From Octopus vulgaris (lineage: Eukaryota): a stretch of DNA of 64,000 nt. The number at the start of each line of letters is the position of its first letter. The first letter of the stretch is position 1. This document shows, piece after piece, positions 38,913 through 52,096 of this stretch. Below the pieces are notes generated by a model, which searched no databases, was not told the DNA's origin, and was given only the letters and a program-made list of their open reading frames with translations. Made by a program: the position numbers and the translations under genes. The stretch covers positions 5,518,001 to 5,582,000 of the forward strand of contig OX597827.1 of assembly GCA_951406725.2 (NCBI GenBank), read 5' to 3'.

Positions 38913-40149
38913 GTTATTATTATTATTATTGAGAGAGCATACAAAGACTGGGTACAAAGCATACAAAGACTGTTATTAAAAGGAAAGATGACAAATGCTC
39001 AGGAGAAAGACAGAACAAACTAATTTGTTAATGTCAAGGACAGAATTGACATAGGAAGGATATGTAAGAATGACAGAGGAAGACCCAAATGGAGATCCTT
39101 GATATTCAACATGCTACATGTAGCTGACAAAGGAAGAAATATCTAAATTAAAAACAATAATAAAATAATTTTAAAAAATAACTGTCATCAGGATGGAGGA
39201 TTGCCAGGATCATTAGAGCATTTAATGAAAAGCTTTTCCCTATTTGTTGTGTTTTATCTTTTTTTTTTTTGTTTTCTGAGGTAAAATCTCACCTGGGTCA
39301 ACATTGCCTTTCATCTTTCCAGGGCTGGTCAAATAAATTACCAGAAAAGAAAATTGGGGTGATTTCACTACCCAACACTGTACCCCAAATTTTAGGATTT
39401 GTGCTTATGCTTCCTACGGAAACATTATCCTTTCTTTTACTGTCAGTTTTCATTCTTCAGTTGCTGTTGTTATTATTATTGTTGTCAAAAGGGCAGTGAG
39501 TTCCTATAATCATTGGCATGCCAGTCAAAATGCTTAGCTGCATTTCACCCATCTTTATGTTCTGAGTTCAAATTCCACCAAGGTCACCTGTGCCTTTCAT
39601 CCTTTTGGGGTTGATAAAGCAAGTACCTATTGAGAACTGAGGCTGATGGAATTGACTCACCCTTTTCCCAAAATTTCAGGACTTGTACCTATTGTAGAAA
39701 GGATTATTATTGTTGCTAAGAAGGCAGTGAGGTGGCAGAATCATTAACATGCCAGACAAAACGCTTAGTGTCATTTCATTCATCTTTACATTCAGAGTTC
39801 AAATTGTACTGGGGTCAACTTTGCCTTTTACCCTTTTACAGTTGATAAAATGAAAGCTAGTTGAGCACAGGGGTTGTTGTAATTGACTAGCCTCCTCCCT
39901 TGCAATTTCAAGCCTAAGGCCGATAGTAGAGAGGATTATTATTGCCATTGAGGCAGAGAGCCAGTAGAATTGTTAGTGAATCAGTGCTCAATGGTATTTG
40001 TTCTAACCCTTTACATTCTGAGTTTAAATGCTGCCAAGTTCAACTTTACCTTTCAACCATTCAGGACTGGTAAAATTAGTACCAGTCAAGGACTGAGGTT
40101 GATGTAATCAATTTCTTCCCTTCAAAATTGTTGGCCTTGAACCAATATT

Positions 40150-40515
40150 AAACAAGAGCACTCAGAGAGTGCAAACCTCTGCCAAGGCAACACCGTCGTC
40201 CTCTCAACGATTAGCCAGAGAGGATTTTTAAACTGGAAATATCTGAAATAAACTCGAGTGCCCTCACAAATGAGAATACTAAAAATGAACCCAACTGCTC
40301 TCAAAAATTAAGTAAAAACAACGGAAAAATAATTCAGAATCCTTATCCCATACCAGATCGATCCCAAAATCTAATCAGTTCATGCCAGTCACGAGGCCAC
40401 ACATCCCTGAAAGTTTCATCTGAATCCGTCCAGCAGTTCTTGAGATATTTTGACCAAAGACAAACAAAGGTGACTGAAAACAATACTTCTGCTTTTGCTA
40501 AGGTGGAGGTAAAAA
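40150..40515 (-). mobile_element. HINE/DINE-1-like non-autonomous Helentron-associated element
   Basis: Minus strand: T run, subterminal repeat ACCTCCACC ... GGCAGAGGT, short tetranucleotide array, 3' hairpin GCACTC-TCT-GAGTGC, T-rich end. Confidence 0.7.
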
Positions 40516-41186
40516 CTGTTAATACCATCATCGCTTATTGCAAGTCAGCCCCAACCAAGCATTATGACTTGGTGTATTCCAACCATGAATAGTTCATATT
40601 TTCTACAACCATATTTCAACCTGACTACAGTATGTTCTTCCTTGTTTGAGATAGTAGAACAGTAGATGTATTTTGAGGAAGACTCGGTTGCTATTTCTAG
40701 CTAATGGAACAAACAGAGCTTTCTCTCTGTCTCTTCTCTTCCATAGAAACACCTGGTGGTTCGTTTCCTGTTTAGTTTCTTAATATCACATATTACCACT
40801 CCCACTTTCTTCTGCTATTTCCAGACCAGTCACTCAGTGCTTTGTATGACTCTGTCTACTGAATTATTACACCATTCTAATTGTTTGGCTTGGGAATTGC
40901 ACCGTCCACAAAACAGGACACCAGCTTCTAATTAGGGTCCCTTAGCAATAAAATATGTATATGCGTGTATGTGTCTGCACAAGCATGCACTTATATATAT
41001 ATGCATGTGCATGTGCATGTATGTACACACATATACATACATACATATATGTATACACACATATATATATATATGCATGTATGTATGTATATATATATAT
41101 GTATACATATATGTATATATATATATATATATATGCATGTATGTGTGTATACATATATGTATATATATATATCTATGTCATATACA

Positions 41187-41223
<37 letters not shown>

Positions 41224-41276
41224 GTCATAGGAAATAATTATTCGTTTAAATAGTGAAACTTGAAGCACACATAACT

Positions 41277-41351
<75 letters not shown>

Positions 41352-41499
41352 CATAGATAGATATGATATATATGTATATAGGGCATCCAGCTGTAGAAAC
41401 ACTGCCACATCTGACTGGCCTGGTGCAGCCTTCGGGCTTCCCAGACCCCATGAAGTCCAACCCATAGCATGGAAAGTGGACGTTAAACGATGATGATGA

Positions 41500-41592
<93 letters not shown>

Positions 41593-41594
41593 AC

Positions 41595-41625
<31 letters not shown>

Positions 41626-41997
41626 ACATAGATAGATATGATATATATGTATATATTTATATACGCACATGCACACACACATATATGTGTTACACACACA
41701 CATATATATGTTACACACATATATATTTATACACACACATATGTTACATACATATATATTTATACACACACACATATATGTGTATGTGTATATATGTGTG
41801 TTTGTGATTGTGTTTTTACAAATGAGATAAATAAATAGAACTCAATACAGAAAGCTAAGCAAATATATTATTTATTAACTGTAAAACTACATAAGTGAAT
41901 CCAGGCCCTTGAGTCACTTAAGTAGCTTCAGAGCTAATAAATAATACATGTGTGAGTGCGAGTGTCCTTGTGTGTGTGTTTTATGTATGTACGTATG

Positions 41998-42032
<35 letters not shown>

Positions 42033-42141
42033 ACATGTGTATGTGTATATGTGCATGTATAGTATATATTTTAGATTGCCCCCATAGAAAAATACAAAAA
42101 TCCTGAATGGACATGTGTTAAAAACCTGAAGTACCTGATTT

Positions 42142-42173
<32 letters not shown>

Positions 42174-42565
42174 CTCACGTACCAAAATATTTACACATAT
42201 ACACACACACACATGCATGCACACACACACACATATGCACATACACATGCATATCACAAGTCAAGTCTATACCTATAGGTTTTGAGTTACTAACTGCTGA
42301 CTAAGACACTTGTTTTCAGTGCGTGGAGCTAAAAGACTATGGGTTAGGTCTTAATAATTGCTTTATAATAAGTGCAATCCTTTGGTATATGAAGTCAATT
42401 TGTTTTATTAGATTATAGAAATAAAGAAATGAAGTAAAAAAAATATTCACATCATCTGTTAAATTCTGGATAGAATAATTGTCTTATTTTATTATTTTTT
42501 TTACTACTCTTTAAATATAATTGAAATTAATCTAATGGAAAATTTAGGCATTTTCTCTACCTCAT

Positions 42566-43213
42566 CCCTCTAGCATTCAGATTATTCAGTCAAATGTAAT
42601 GCTTATTTCTTTTTCATTGTTTTGAACTAAAGATGTATTATCTTTCAGCTTTGAGATTTTGATGACGTGATTACTCTTTGCTCTTTTACTCTTCCACTTG
42701 TTTCAGTCATTTGACTGCGGCCATGCTGGAGCACCGCCTTTAGTCGAGCAAATCGACCCCGGGACTTATTCTTTGTAAGCCCAGTACTTATTCTATCGGT
42801 CTCTTTTGCCGAACCGCTAAGTGACGGGGACGTAAACACACCAGCATCGGTTGTCAAGCAATGCTAGGGGGACAAACACAGACACACAAACACACACACA
42901 CATACATACATATATATATGATTATACATATATACGACAGGCTTCTTGCAGTTTCCGTCTACCAAATCCACTCACAAGGCATTGGTTGGCCTGGGGCTAT
43001 AGCAGAAGACACTTGCCCAAGATGCCATGCAGTGGGACTGAACCCGGAACCATGTGGTTGGTTAGCAAGCTACTTACCACACAGCCACTCCTGCGCCTGT
43101 TTCATTTTTAGAATGTCGTTGTAGAGTAGGTGTGAGAGTCCAGATCTGGGTAGTTTGAATGTAAAATTGACAGAATATTTGAGCCAGATATGATCGGTTT
43201 AAATACTAAAGCC
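42566..43213. mobile_element. Older piggyBac-type MITE split by a family A SINE (42672-43097)
   Basis: Decayed termini CCCTCTAGCATT... and ...AATACTAAAGCC-TTAA. Confidence 0.45.
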
Positions 43214-43919
43214 TTAACACAAATGTTTTAGAAGAAAATCTTAACCGTATCTGGCTTATCACCACATATCAAAATTCCTTTTAAATTTTTCATGCAATTA
43301 ATCTCTGATTAACTCATTGTGTATGTGTTTTGTGATATTTAAATTAATGAGTTTGTGTGTATGCTTTGATGATGGCATATAAGACACATTATTTATCCAA
43401 AGAATGTCACAATATATATATACATACATAGGCGCAGGAGTGGCTGTGTGGTAAGTAGCTTGCTTACCAACCACATGGTTCCGGAATCAGTCCCACTGCG
43501 TGGCATCTTGGGCAAGTGTCTTCTGCTATAGCCCCAGGCCAACCAATGCCTTGTGAGTGGATTTGGTACATGGAAACTGAAAGAAGCCCGTCGTATATAT
43601 ATGTATATATATATATATATATAAGTGTGCGTGTATGTTTGTGTGTCTGTGTTTGTCCCCCTAGCATTGCTTGACAACAAATGCTGGTGTGTTTATGTCA
43701 CCATCACTTAGCAGTTCAGCAAAAGAGACCGATAGAATAAGTACTGGGCTTACAAAGAATAAGTCCTGGGGTTGAGTTGCTTGATTAAAGGCGGTGCTCC
43801 AGCATGGCCGCAGTCAAATGACTGAAACAAGTAAAGGGAGAGTAAAGATATATATATATATTTCGTTTTTGGATTTGGTTTGCAAGATTCTTTATATGAG
43901 TTCGTGTGTGAAGCATATT

Positions 43920-44127
43920 CTGTTGTGTCTGGGGAGAGTCATTTTCTTTTTGTGTTTTCTAACACATTCACCAGCAAAATTTCCACTACTTTCTTATTTT
44001 TATTTTCTTAAAATTTTTGAAAACAAAAATTTTATGAAAATAAAAATAAGGAAGAAATGGAAATTTTACCGGTGAGTGTGTTAAATTATAAGGCACAAAA
44101 AGAAAATGACTCTCCACAGACACAACA

Positions 44128-44128
<1 letters not shown>
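43920..44128. repeat. Imperfect inverted repeat, about 100-bp arms with 6-bp spacer, between (TA)n tracts
   Basis: CTGTTGTGTCTGGGGAGAGTCATTTTCTTTTTGTG... pairs with ...CACAAAAAGAAAATGACTCTCCACAGACACAACAG; one-sided extension at 43861-43919. Confidence 0.75.
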
Positions 44129-44169
<41 letters not shown>

Positions 44170-45919
44170 GAAAAATACAAACTGGGACAAGAACGTAAAA
44201 CATTTAGAAGACGATACAAAAAACACAGACGGGACATTCGAAGCCTTCAATCTTCAGTCAAGAACCGGATCATCCTAGCAATTTCGATATATATATATAT
44301 ATAGGCACAGGCGTAGCTATGTGGTAAGAAGTTTGCTTCCTGACTACATGGTTCCAGGTTTAGTCCCACTGCATGGCACCTTGGGCAAGTGTCTTCTACT
44401 ATGGCTTGGACCAACCAAAACCTTGTGAGTAGATTTGGTACATGGAAACTGAAAGAAGCACATTGTATATATATATATATATATGAATGTATTTATGTGT
44501 GTGTGTGTGCTGTTGTTTATGTTTGCCCCTCACCATCACTTGACAACTGATGTCCGTGTGTTTATGCCTCCATAACCTAGCGGTTCAGAATAAGTACTAG
44601 GCTTACAACGAGTAAGTCCTGTGGCTGATTTCTTGAACTGAAAAAAAATAAAACGTTTAAGGCAGTGCTCCAGCATAGCCACAAATGATTAAAACAAGTA
44701 AAAGAATAAAAGAATTTATGCGTATGTGTGTGTGTGTGTGTGTCCCACCACTGCTTGACAACCGGTGCTGATGTGTTTATGCCCCTATAACTTAGCAGTT
44801 TGGCAAAACAGAACAATAGAATAAGTACAGGTTTTTTAAAAAAAAACGTGCTGGGGTCAATTTGTTCAACTAAAAATATATATATATCATCTTGGGTCCT
44901 GTATGAGAAGTTGAGCCTCCTATAAGCTTTAATGCTCTGAAAGCATTTTTCTGAATATGTGCAGCTGAAACTGGGGAATATTTAGTACACTCATGCATTT
45001 TTTATGTCGTCAAATACAGTATTTGTTAAATTTTTAATTTTATATTGTAATTGGTGGATAATTTCGTTGTTAATTACAGGTTTTCCAGTAGACTAACCCC
45101 AGTATTTCTGATGATGCAAGGGACAAAGAAGTACTTGTAACTAACAAAAGAATTTGTCTCAAATATCACGAAGGAGTTTGTTTTGGTGAATATAAGCTTT
45201 TCAGCTTTGTGCAAATGTGTGCATGCTTTACTGATATGCATTAGTGAAACACACACACACACATGCACATACACACCTACACAACACACATACTGGTACA
45301 CAAATACACCCTAGCACATACTGACGAACACACAAATGCACATACACACCTACACAACACACATACTGGTACACAAATACACCCTTGCACATACTGACGA
45401 ACACACAAATGCACATACAGACACTAAGAAATCCACAAACACATTGACAGCACACATTCACACATACATACACTAGCACACAAACACACAGACAAACACA
45501 TGCTCACACACACTCACAAATACACAAACAAATGCATACATATTCATACACACACAAACACACTCATATGCTCTCACACACACATACACACACTCACATG
45601 CCACATGCACAAACTGGCAGACTTGTAGCATTGCATAGAATGATTTGGTGTGTTTTTTCAGACTCTCAGATATTCATTGTTCTGAGATCATATCCTACCC
45701 AAATCAACTTTGCCAAAATACTTGCCTATGTCGTTAAAAATATATATATATATAGGCGCAGGAGTGGCTGTGTGGTAAGTAGCTTGCTAACCAACCACAT
45801 GGTTCCGGGTTCAGTCCCACTGCGTGACATCTTGGGCAAGTGTCTTCTGCTATAGCCCCATGCCGAGCAAAGACTTGTGAGTGGACTTGGTAGACGGAAA
45901 CTGAAAGAAGCCTGTCGTA

Positions 45920-45964
<45 letters not shown>

Positions 45965-47004
45965 GTATGTGTGTGTGTTTGTGTGTCTGTGTTTGTCTCC
46001 CTAGCATTGCTTGACAACCGAAGCTGGTGTGTTTATGTCCCTGTTACTTAGCAGTTCGGCAAAAGAGACCGATAGAATAAGTACTGGGCTTCCAAAGAAT
46101 AAGTCCCGGGGTCGATTTGCTTGACTAAAGGCGGTGCTCCAGCATGGCTGCAGTCAAATGACTGAAACAAGTAAAAGAGTAAAAGAGGAAAGAGTACCCG
46201 GCACAGGTGTGGCTGTGTAGTTAGAAACTTGCTTCCAAACCACATGGTTCTGGGTTCAGTCCCACAGCATGGCACCTTGGGCAAGTGTCTTCTACTATAG
46301 CCTCAGGCTGACCAAAGCCTTGCGAGTGAATTTGAAATAAAGCTGCTGTATATGTGTGTATGTGTGTGTGCCTGTGTGTGTGTATGTGTGTGCACGTGTG
46401 TGTGTGTGTGTGTGTGAATCTTTGTGTCTGTATTTGTACCCCACCACTGCTTGACTACTGGTGTTGGTGTGTTTATATCCCTGTAACTTAGTGATTTGGT
46501 GAAAGAGACTGATAGAATAATTATTAGGCTTTAAAAAGAAGTAGTGGAGTTGATTGATTCATTCGACTACAAATTCCTCAAGCTGGTATCCCAGCATGGT
46601 CGCAGTCTAATGACTGAAACAAGTAAAAGAAAGCAGAGGTTACTGAAGTTATGGATTGGCACAACAGTAAGAACATTGGTTCCAGATGCATTGCACAGTA
46701 TTAGTTCTACTGCATTCTAAGTTTATGACTTGGTAGTTCCACCCAATTTGAAACAATCTGGCACCTTGGATACCTTTAACAGAATCGTCACTGTTGCAAG
46801 CACTCAAGCCAAGCTTATGGTTTCAAGGTACATTGGTGCCGGAACCACATAAAGACCATTGTGTGGTGGTGGTGGTGGTTGGTATTAAGGAAGGGCATCC
46901 AACCATAGAAATCATGCTAGAACAATGGAGCCTGGTATGGCCCCTGGCCTTACTAGCTCTGGTCAAACCATCCAACCCATGTCATCATGGAAAATGGACA
47001 TTAA

Positions 47005-47084
47005 ATGATGATGATGATGTTGATGATGATGATAACGGTGATGATGATGACGATGATGATGACGATGATGATGATGACGACGAC

Positions 47085-47128
<44 letters not shown>

Positions 47129-47148
47129 CAGTGATTATGATTATGATT

Positions 47149-47182
<34 letters not shown>

Positions 47183-47241
47183 CGGTGATGATGAAGATGA
47201 TGATGATGATGATAACGGTGATGATGATGATGATGATGATG

Positions 47242-47275
<34 letters not shown>

Positions 47276-47336
47276 GGATGACGGTGATGACGGTGATGAC
47301 GGTGATGATGATGATGATGATGATGATAATGATGAT
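47005..47336. repeat. Expanded (GAT)n microsatellite at the tail of a family C SINE
   Basis: Begins directly after GGACATTAAATG, the SINE 3' end. Confidence 0.95.
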
Positions 47337-47622
47337 TCCTTTCTCCCTTCCTCCGACCAATGTTGAGCACAACCTCCTCTCTTCTCCACATCATCATTTC
47401 CATCATCATTTAATGTTCACTTTTTCATGTTAGTTTAGGTTAGATAGAATTTGCTGAAGCAAGATTTTTTTTTTAGGCTTGGATACCGTTCCTGTCACTG
47501 ACCCTCATCTGTTGCCAAGCATGGCTGGACATGCTTTTCATGGAAGACAGGATATGAATAACATTGCTTGTATGATAGCAATGCCCATCTACAACCATCA
47601 CATGATGTCAAGACAAGGGTAT

Positions 47623-47669
<47 letters not shown>

Positions 47670-47825
47670 CGCACATACACAGACACATGTACGCACATGT
47701 AGATATGCAACACAAATTAGCACTGAATCCAATATTACATAGTTGGGAAGCAAGTTTCTTAACTACACAGTCAGTCTTAAAGATAAAAATATAAGACACA
47801 CTCACATACACATTAATGTGTGTGT

Positions 47826-47902
<77 letters not shown>

Positions 47903-48221
47903 TGTGTCTGTGCCTGTGTGTCTGTGTGTGTCTGTGAAGATACATTGAAATCTGTAGAACTTCAACAGTTTCTGACCACTGATTTCCACTCACAAGTTAT
48001 TGGTCAACACTTGATACAGTAAATAAATATGTATATATCATCATCATCATCATCATCATTTAACGTCTGTTTTCCATGCTAGCATGGGTTGGACGGTTCG
48101 ACCGGGGTCTGGTAAGCCATGGAGGCTGCACCAGGCTCTAGTCTGATTTGGCAGTGTTTCTACAGCTGGATACCCTTCCTAACGCCAGCCACTCCGTGAG
48201 TTATAAATATATATATATATT

Positions 48222-48256
<35 letters not shown>

Positions 48257-48640
48257 ATATATATTTAAAGGCGGCGAGCTGGCAGAATCGTTAGCACGCC
48301 GGGTGAAATGCGTAGCCGCATTTCGTCTACTGTTACATTCTGAGTTCAAATTGCGCCGAGGTCGACTTTGCCTTTCATCCTTTCGGGGTCGATAAATAAA
48401 GTACCAGTTAGTACTGGGGTTGATGTCATCGACTTAATCCCTTTGTCCGTCTTTGTTTGTCCCCTCTGTGTTTAGCCCCTCGTGGGTAGTTAAAAAAATA
48501 TATATATATTTATTCGAATTTACATACCACAAACAGGAAGCGTTTCTACCACTTTTACTCACAACTTGCCCTGGATAATGAAGCTGCAGCTATAGCCTCT
48601 TTATACATTTTCATTTCTATTTCTACATTCATTCTCCCAT

Positions 48641-49147
48641 AATACAGTTCTATATTTAAGAGATGAGGAATTATTTACATTATTTACATTATTTACATTA
48701 TTTACATTCGCCTGATATTTGTCCTAATCTTGTTTGTTGCCCAGAGGCATATGGCATAGTGGTTAAGAGCGCAGGCTACTAACCCTAAGATTTCGAGTTT
48801 GATTCCAAGCTGTGACCTAAACACTAACAACAGCAATAATAATAATAATAATTATTATTATTATTTGTTTACTACCCACAAGGGGCTAAACACAGAGGGG
48901 ACAAACAAGGACAGATATCGACCCCAGTGCGTAACTGGTACTTAATTTATCGACCTCGAAAGGATGAAAGGCAAAGTCGACCTCGCCAGAATTAATAACA
49001 TTGAAAAATACCTTAGGAATGAGAACCCAGGTTTGAAATTTCCCCAAGACACCTGAAGAGGGCTGGAGGGTATATCAGCCAAAACGTTGTGTTTATAATA
49101 AGCAAAATGAGGACAAATATCTGTCAAATGTAAATAACGTAAATAAT
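48641..49147 (+). mobile_element. Family H SINE preceded by an inverted copy of its own tail, bounded by a target-site duplication; nested family B SINE fragment at about 48865-48993
   Basis: Inverted tail 48644-48738; tRNA head from 48746; hammerhead GACAC-CTGAAGA-GGGCTG-gagggtatat-CAGCC-AAAA-CGTT/GTGTT at 49048-49093; flanking ATTCATTCTCC(C/T)AT at 48627-48640 and 49148-49161. Confidence 0.75.
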
Positions 49148-49240
49148 ATTCATTCTCCTATTTCCCTTTATACTCCTTATTTGTTTCCTTTTCCAAAACA
49201 ACTCCTCATATTGAACTCTAATATTTCCCTCTATTTGACA

Positions 49241-49427
49241 TCCCGGGTTGCGGATCCGTGGAACAAGCTGCCAGATGAGATGGTGAAGATGCCGACGACC
49301 GCTTTGTTCAAAGCCTCCCTTGACCTCAAGTGGCCTGAACTCTTTACATGAACACCACCCTGTACTTAACTCCATGTCCCCCTACATGGCCTTGCTATTT
49401 GCTTTTGAGCCAAATTAACTAACTAAC
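49241..49427 (+). mobile_element. CR1-type LINE 3' end, second copy
   Basis: RVADPWNKLPDEMVKMPTTALFKASLDLKWPELFT-stop and the same 3' UTR, with a (TAAC)n tail. Confidence 0.8.
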
Positions 49428-49444
49428 ATATATATATATAATAT

Positions 49445-49905
49445 ATTAAATTAGAGATAAAACCACTATTAGGCAAATCAAACAATGAAAAACATAAGCC
49501 AATACATAAAATTAATTAATTTATATTATTTTAAATATATATCAAAAGTGTTAAAAGTTTAATAAAGGATAATGAGTAAAACACTACAATCGTTTCATGG
49601 CTATCCAATTCGTAATAATTCGAGTTATGGTTACAGTCAATCTTCAGGTAATTGAAATATTTATCTTAGCGAGGTTTAGTGTTTTACTCATTATCCTTTA
49701 TTAAACTTTTAACACTTTTGATATATATTTAAAATAATATAAATTAATTAATTTTATGTATTGGCTTATGTTTTTCATTGTTTGATTTGCCTAATAGTGG
49801 TTTTATCTCTAATTTAATGTAATATAATATTTTACTATAAAATTGGATTTAATCCTAAATCTGATTTTTCCCTGCAAGTTTGGATTTATTCCCAAATATT
49901 TTATT
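49445..49905. repeat. Perfect 142-bp inverted repeat (49445-49586 / 49677-49818) around a hammerhead motif; Penelope-type inverted pseudo-LTR
   Basis: Arms read as exact reverse complements; 90-bp spacer; minus strand AUUAC-CUGAAGA-U-UGACUGU...AUAGCCA-U-GAAA-CGAUU/GUAGU at 49583-49652; (TA)n flanks. Confidence 0.85.
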
Positions 49906-49914
49906 ATATATATA

Positions 49915-50074
49915 TATTTACATTATTTACATTCGACAGATATTTGTCCTCATCTTGTTTGTTGCTCACAGGCATATGGCATAGTGGTTAAGAGCGCAGG
50001 CTACAAACCCTAAGATTCCGTGTTTGATTCCAAGCTGTGACCTGAACACTAACAACAACAATAATAATAATAAT
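49915..50074 (+). mobile_element. Partial family H copy (inverted tail plus tRNA head)
   Basis: Colinear with 48695-48850, same inverted-tail/head junction. Confidence 0.65.
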
Positions 50075-51710
50075 GTACAGCTCCCTCCGATGCAGCTCGA
50101 GAGATGGCTGTCTCACACGTAGGCACACCTGTAGACACTGTGGACGACCTTACGACTGCTGTTTTTCCCGATCTGCACATAAACCTGAATTGGCTGTTTG
50201 AAAGAGCCATATTAGCTCCCAAAAACACATTTGTAGCAAAACTCAATGAAAACCTACTGCAAACTCTTCCTGGAAACCTTCACACCTACAAGTCTGTGGA
50301 CATTGTTGTGGACCAAGAAGAGGCCATTAATTTTCTCACAGAATTCCTCAATTCCTTGGATCCCTCCAGACTACCACCTCATCAAATGCACATCAAAATT
50401 GGAGCTCCAGTCATACTGGTGAGGAACCTGGAGCCATTATGTCTGTGCAATGGAATGCTGTTAGTGGTTAAAAAATGTGCTGCCTCATGTTATTGAAGCA
50501 ACAATTCTGATGGGTTGTGGCATCAGAGACTCCATCAGATAAGCAATGTCCCTGTCCCCTAGCGTCGACTTCAGTCCCCTCTTTGACTTTGTTCTGCTAT
50601 GTCCATCAACAAGTCCCAAGGCCAAACACTAACAACAACAGACCTCCATTTAGGCCAACCATGCTTCTCACACGACCAATTATATGCTGGTTGCTCAAGA
50701 GTCGGATGCAAAAAATCCTTTTCGTGTTTGCCTTGAAAGCCAAAACGAAAAATGTCATCTACCGTGAGGTGCTTTAGGCCATCCAACATACTTCCAACAG
50801 CTTCCCTGCCAAACAGGTTTATGGTGAGTGAGTACTAATGTTGCCATTCTTTCAAAATTATGCTCCTTTTACTCTTTTACTTGTTTCAGTCATTTGACTG
50901 CCGCCATGCTGGAGCACCGCCTTTAATCGAGCAGCTCGACCCAGGGACTTATTCTTTTTGTAAGCCCAGTACTTATTCTATCGGTCTCTTTTTGCCGAAC
51001 CGCTAAGTAACAGCGACGTAAACACACCAGCATCAGTTGTCAAGCGATGCTAGGGGGACAAACACAGACATACAGACACACACACGCATATATATATATA
51101 TACGACGGGCTTCTTTCAGTTTCTGTCTACCAAATCCACTCACAAGTATTGTTCAGCCCGAGGCTATAGTAGAAGACACTTGCCCAAGGTGCCACGCAGT
51201 GGGACTGAACCCGGAACCATGTGGCTGGTAAACAAGCTACTTACCACACAGCCACTCCTGCGCCTATATGATCTGTTTTTCTTAAGTCTTTTTTTAATTT
51301 TGTCTACTACTGCTTCTCAATCTCCTTGCAGATGGCTTGAGTTTTGGCATCACTGCACGGACTACTTTTCATGTGAACAAAAAAGGACGTTTATACCTGT
51401 GAATGGTTAACAATCCTTTCCAGGACTATTGTGAGAATGATAACACAGCCCTTTAACACAGGGCTACTTTACATTCAATTGTTGCACCCCCTGAGATGCT
51501 CTTGAGCCTTCTCCAGGGCTTTTCACCCTGTTGTTACTACTTTATTTATGGCCCATGGGAAAACTCACTTCTCCCTCAATCTCAATGTTTGCAACTTAAC
51601 ACAAAAAATATTCAAAGAAATGTACATCACAAAAAAAAAAAAAATTGTTGAACCTATTAAGACCATTGATGAGTATTTAATACCCAAGCAACGCCGGGTA
51701 ATCCTGTTAG
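50075..51710 (+). mobile_element. Helitron 3' remnant (PIF1-like helicase C-terminus and 3' terminus), interrupted by a family A SINE
   Basis: RAILAPKN, EFLNSLDPSRLPPH, GAPVILVRNL..LCNG, AMSINKSQGQTL, CFSHDQLY..CSRV, KTKNVIYREVL-stop; hairpin TACCC-aagcaacgcc-GGGTA (51681-51700) then TTAG|T resembling the CTRR end. Confidence 0.82.
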
Positions 51711-51958
51711 TATATATATATATATATATTTCTTTACTGCCCACAAGGGGCTAAACATAGAGGGGACAAACAAGGACAGACGAAGGGATTGAGTCGATTA
51801 TATCGCCCCCCCAGTGCAAAACTGGTACTTTATTTATCGACCCCGAAAGGATGAAAGGCAAAGTTGACCTCGGCAGAATTTGAACTCAGAACGTAACGAC
51901 AGACGAAATACCGCTAACCATTTCGCCCAGCGCGCTAACGTGTCTGCTAGCTCGCCGC

Positions 51959-52096
<138 letters not shown>

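Noticed and set aside
45262-45418. ~72-bp tandem duplication, and short duplications at 33707-33747 and 36120-36195
   Set aside because: Ordinary slippage products in low-complexity sequence.
46794-47433. Poly-Asp, poly-His, poly-Met and poly-Ile ORFs
   Set aside because: All derive from one (GAT)n tract grown from a SINE tail.
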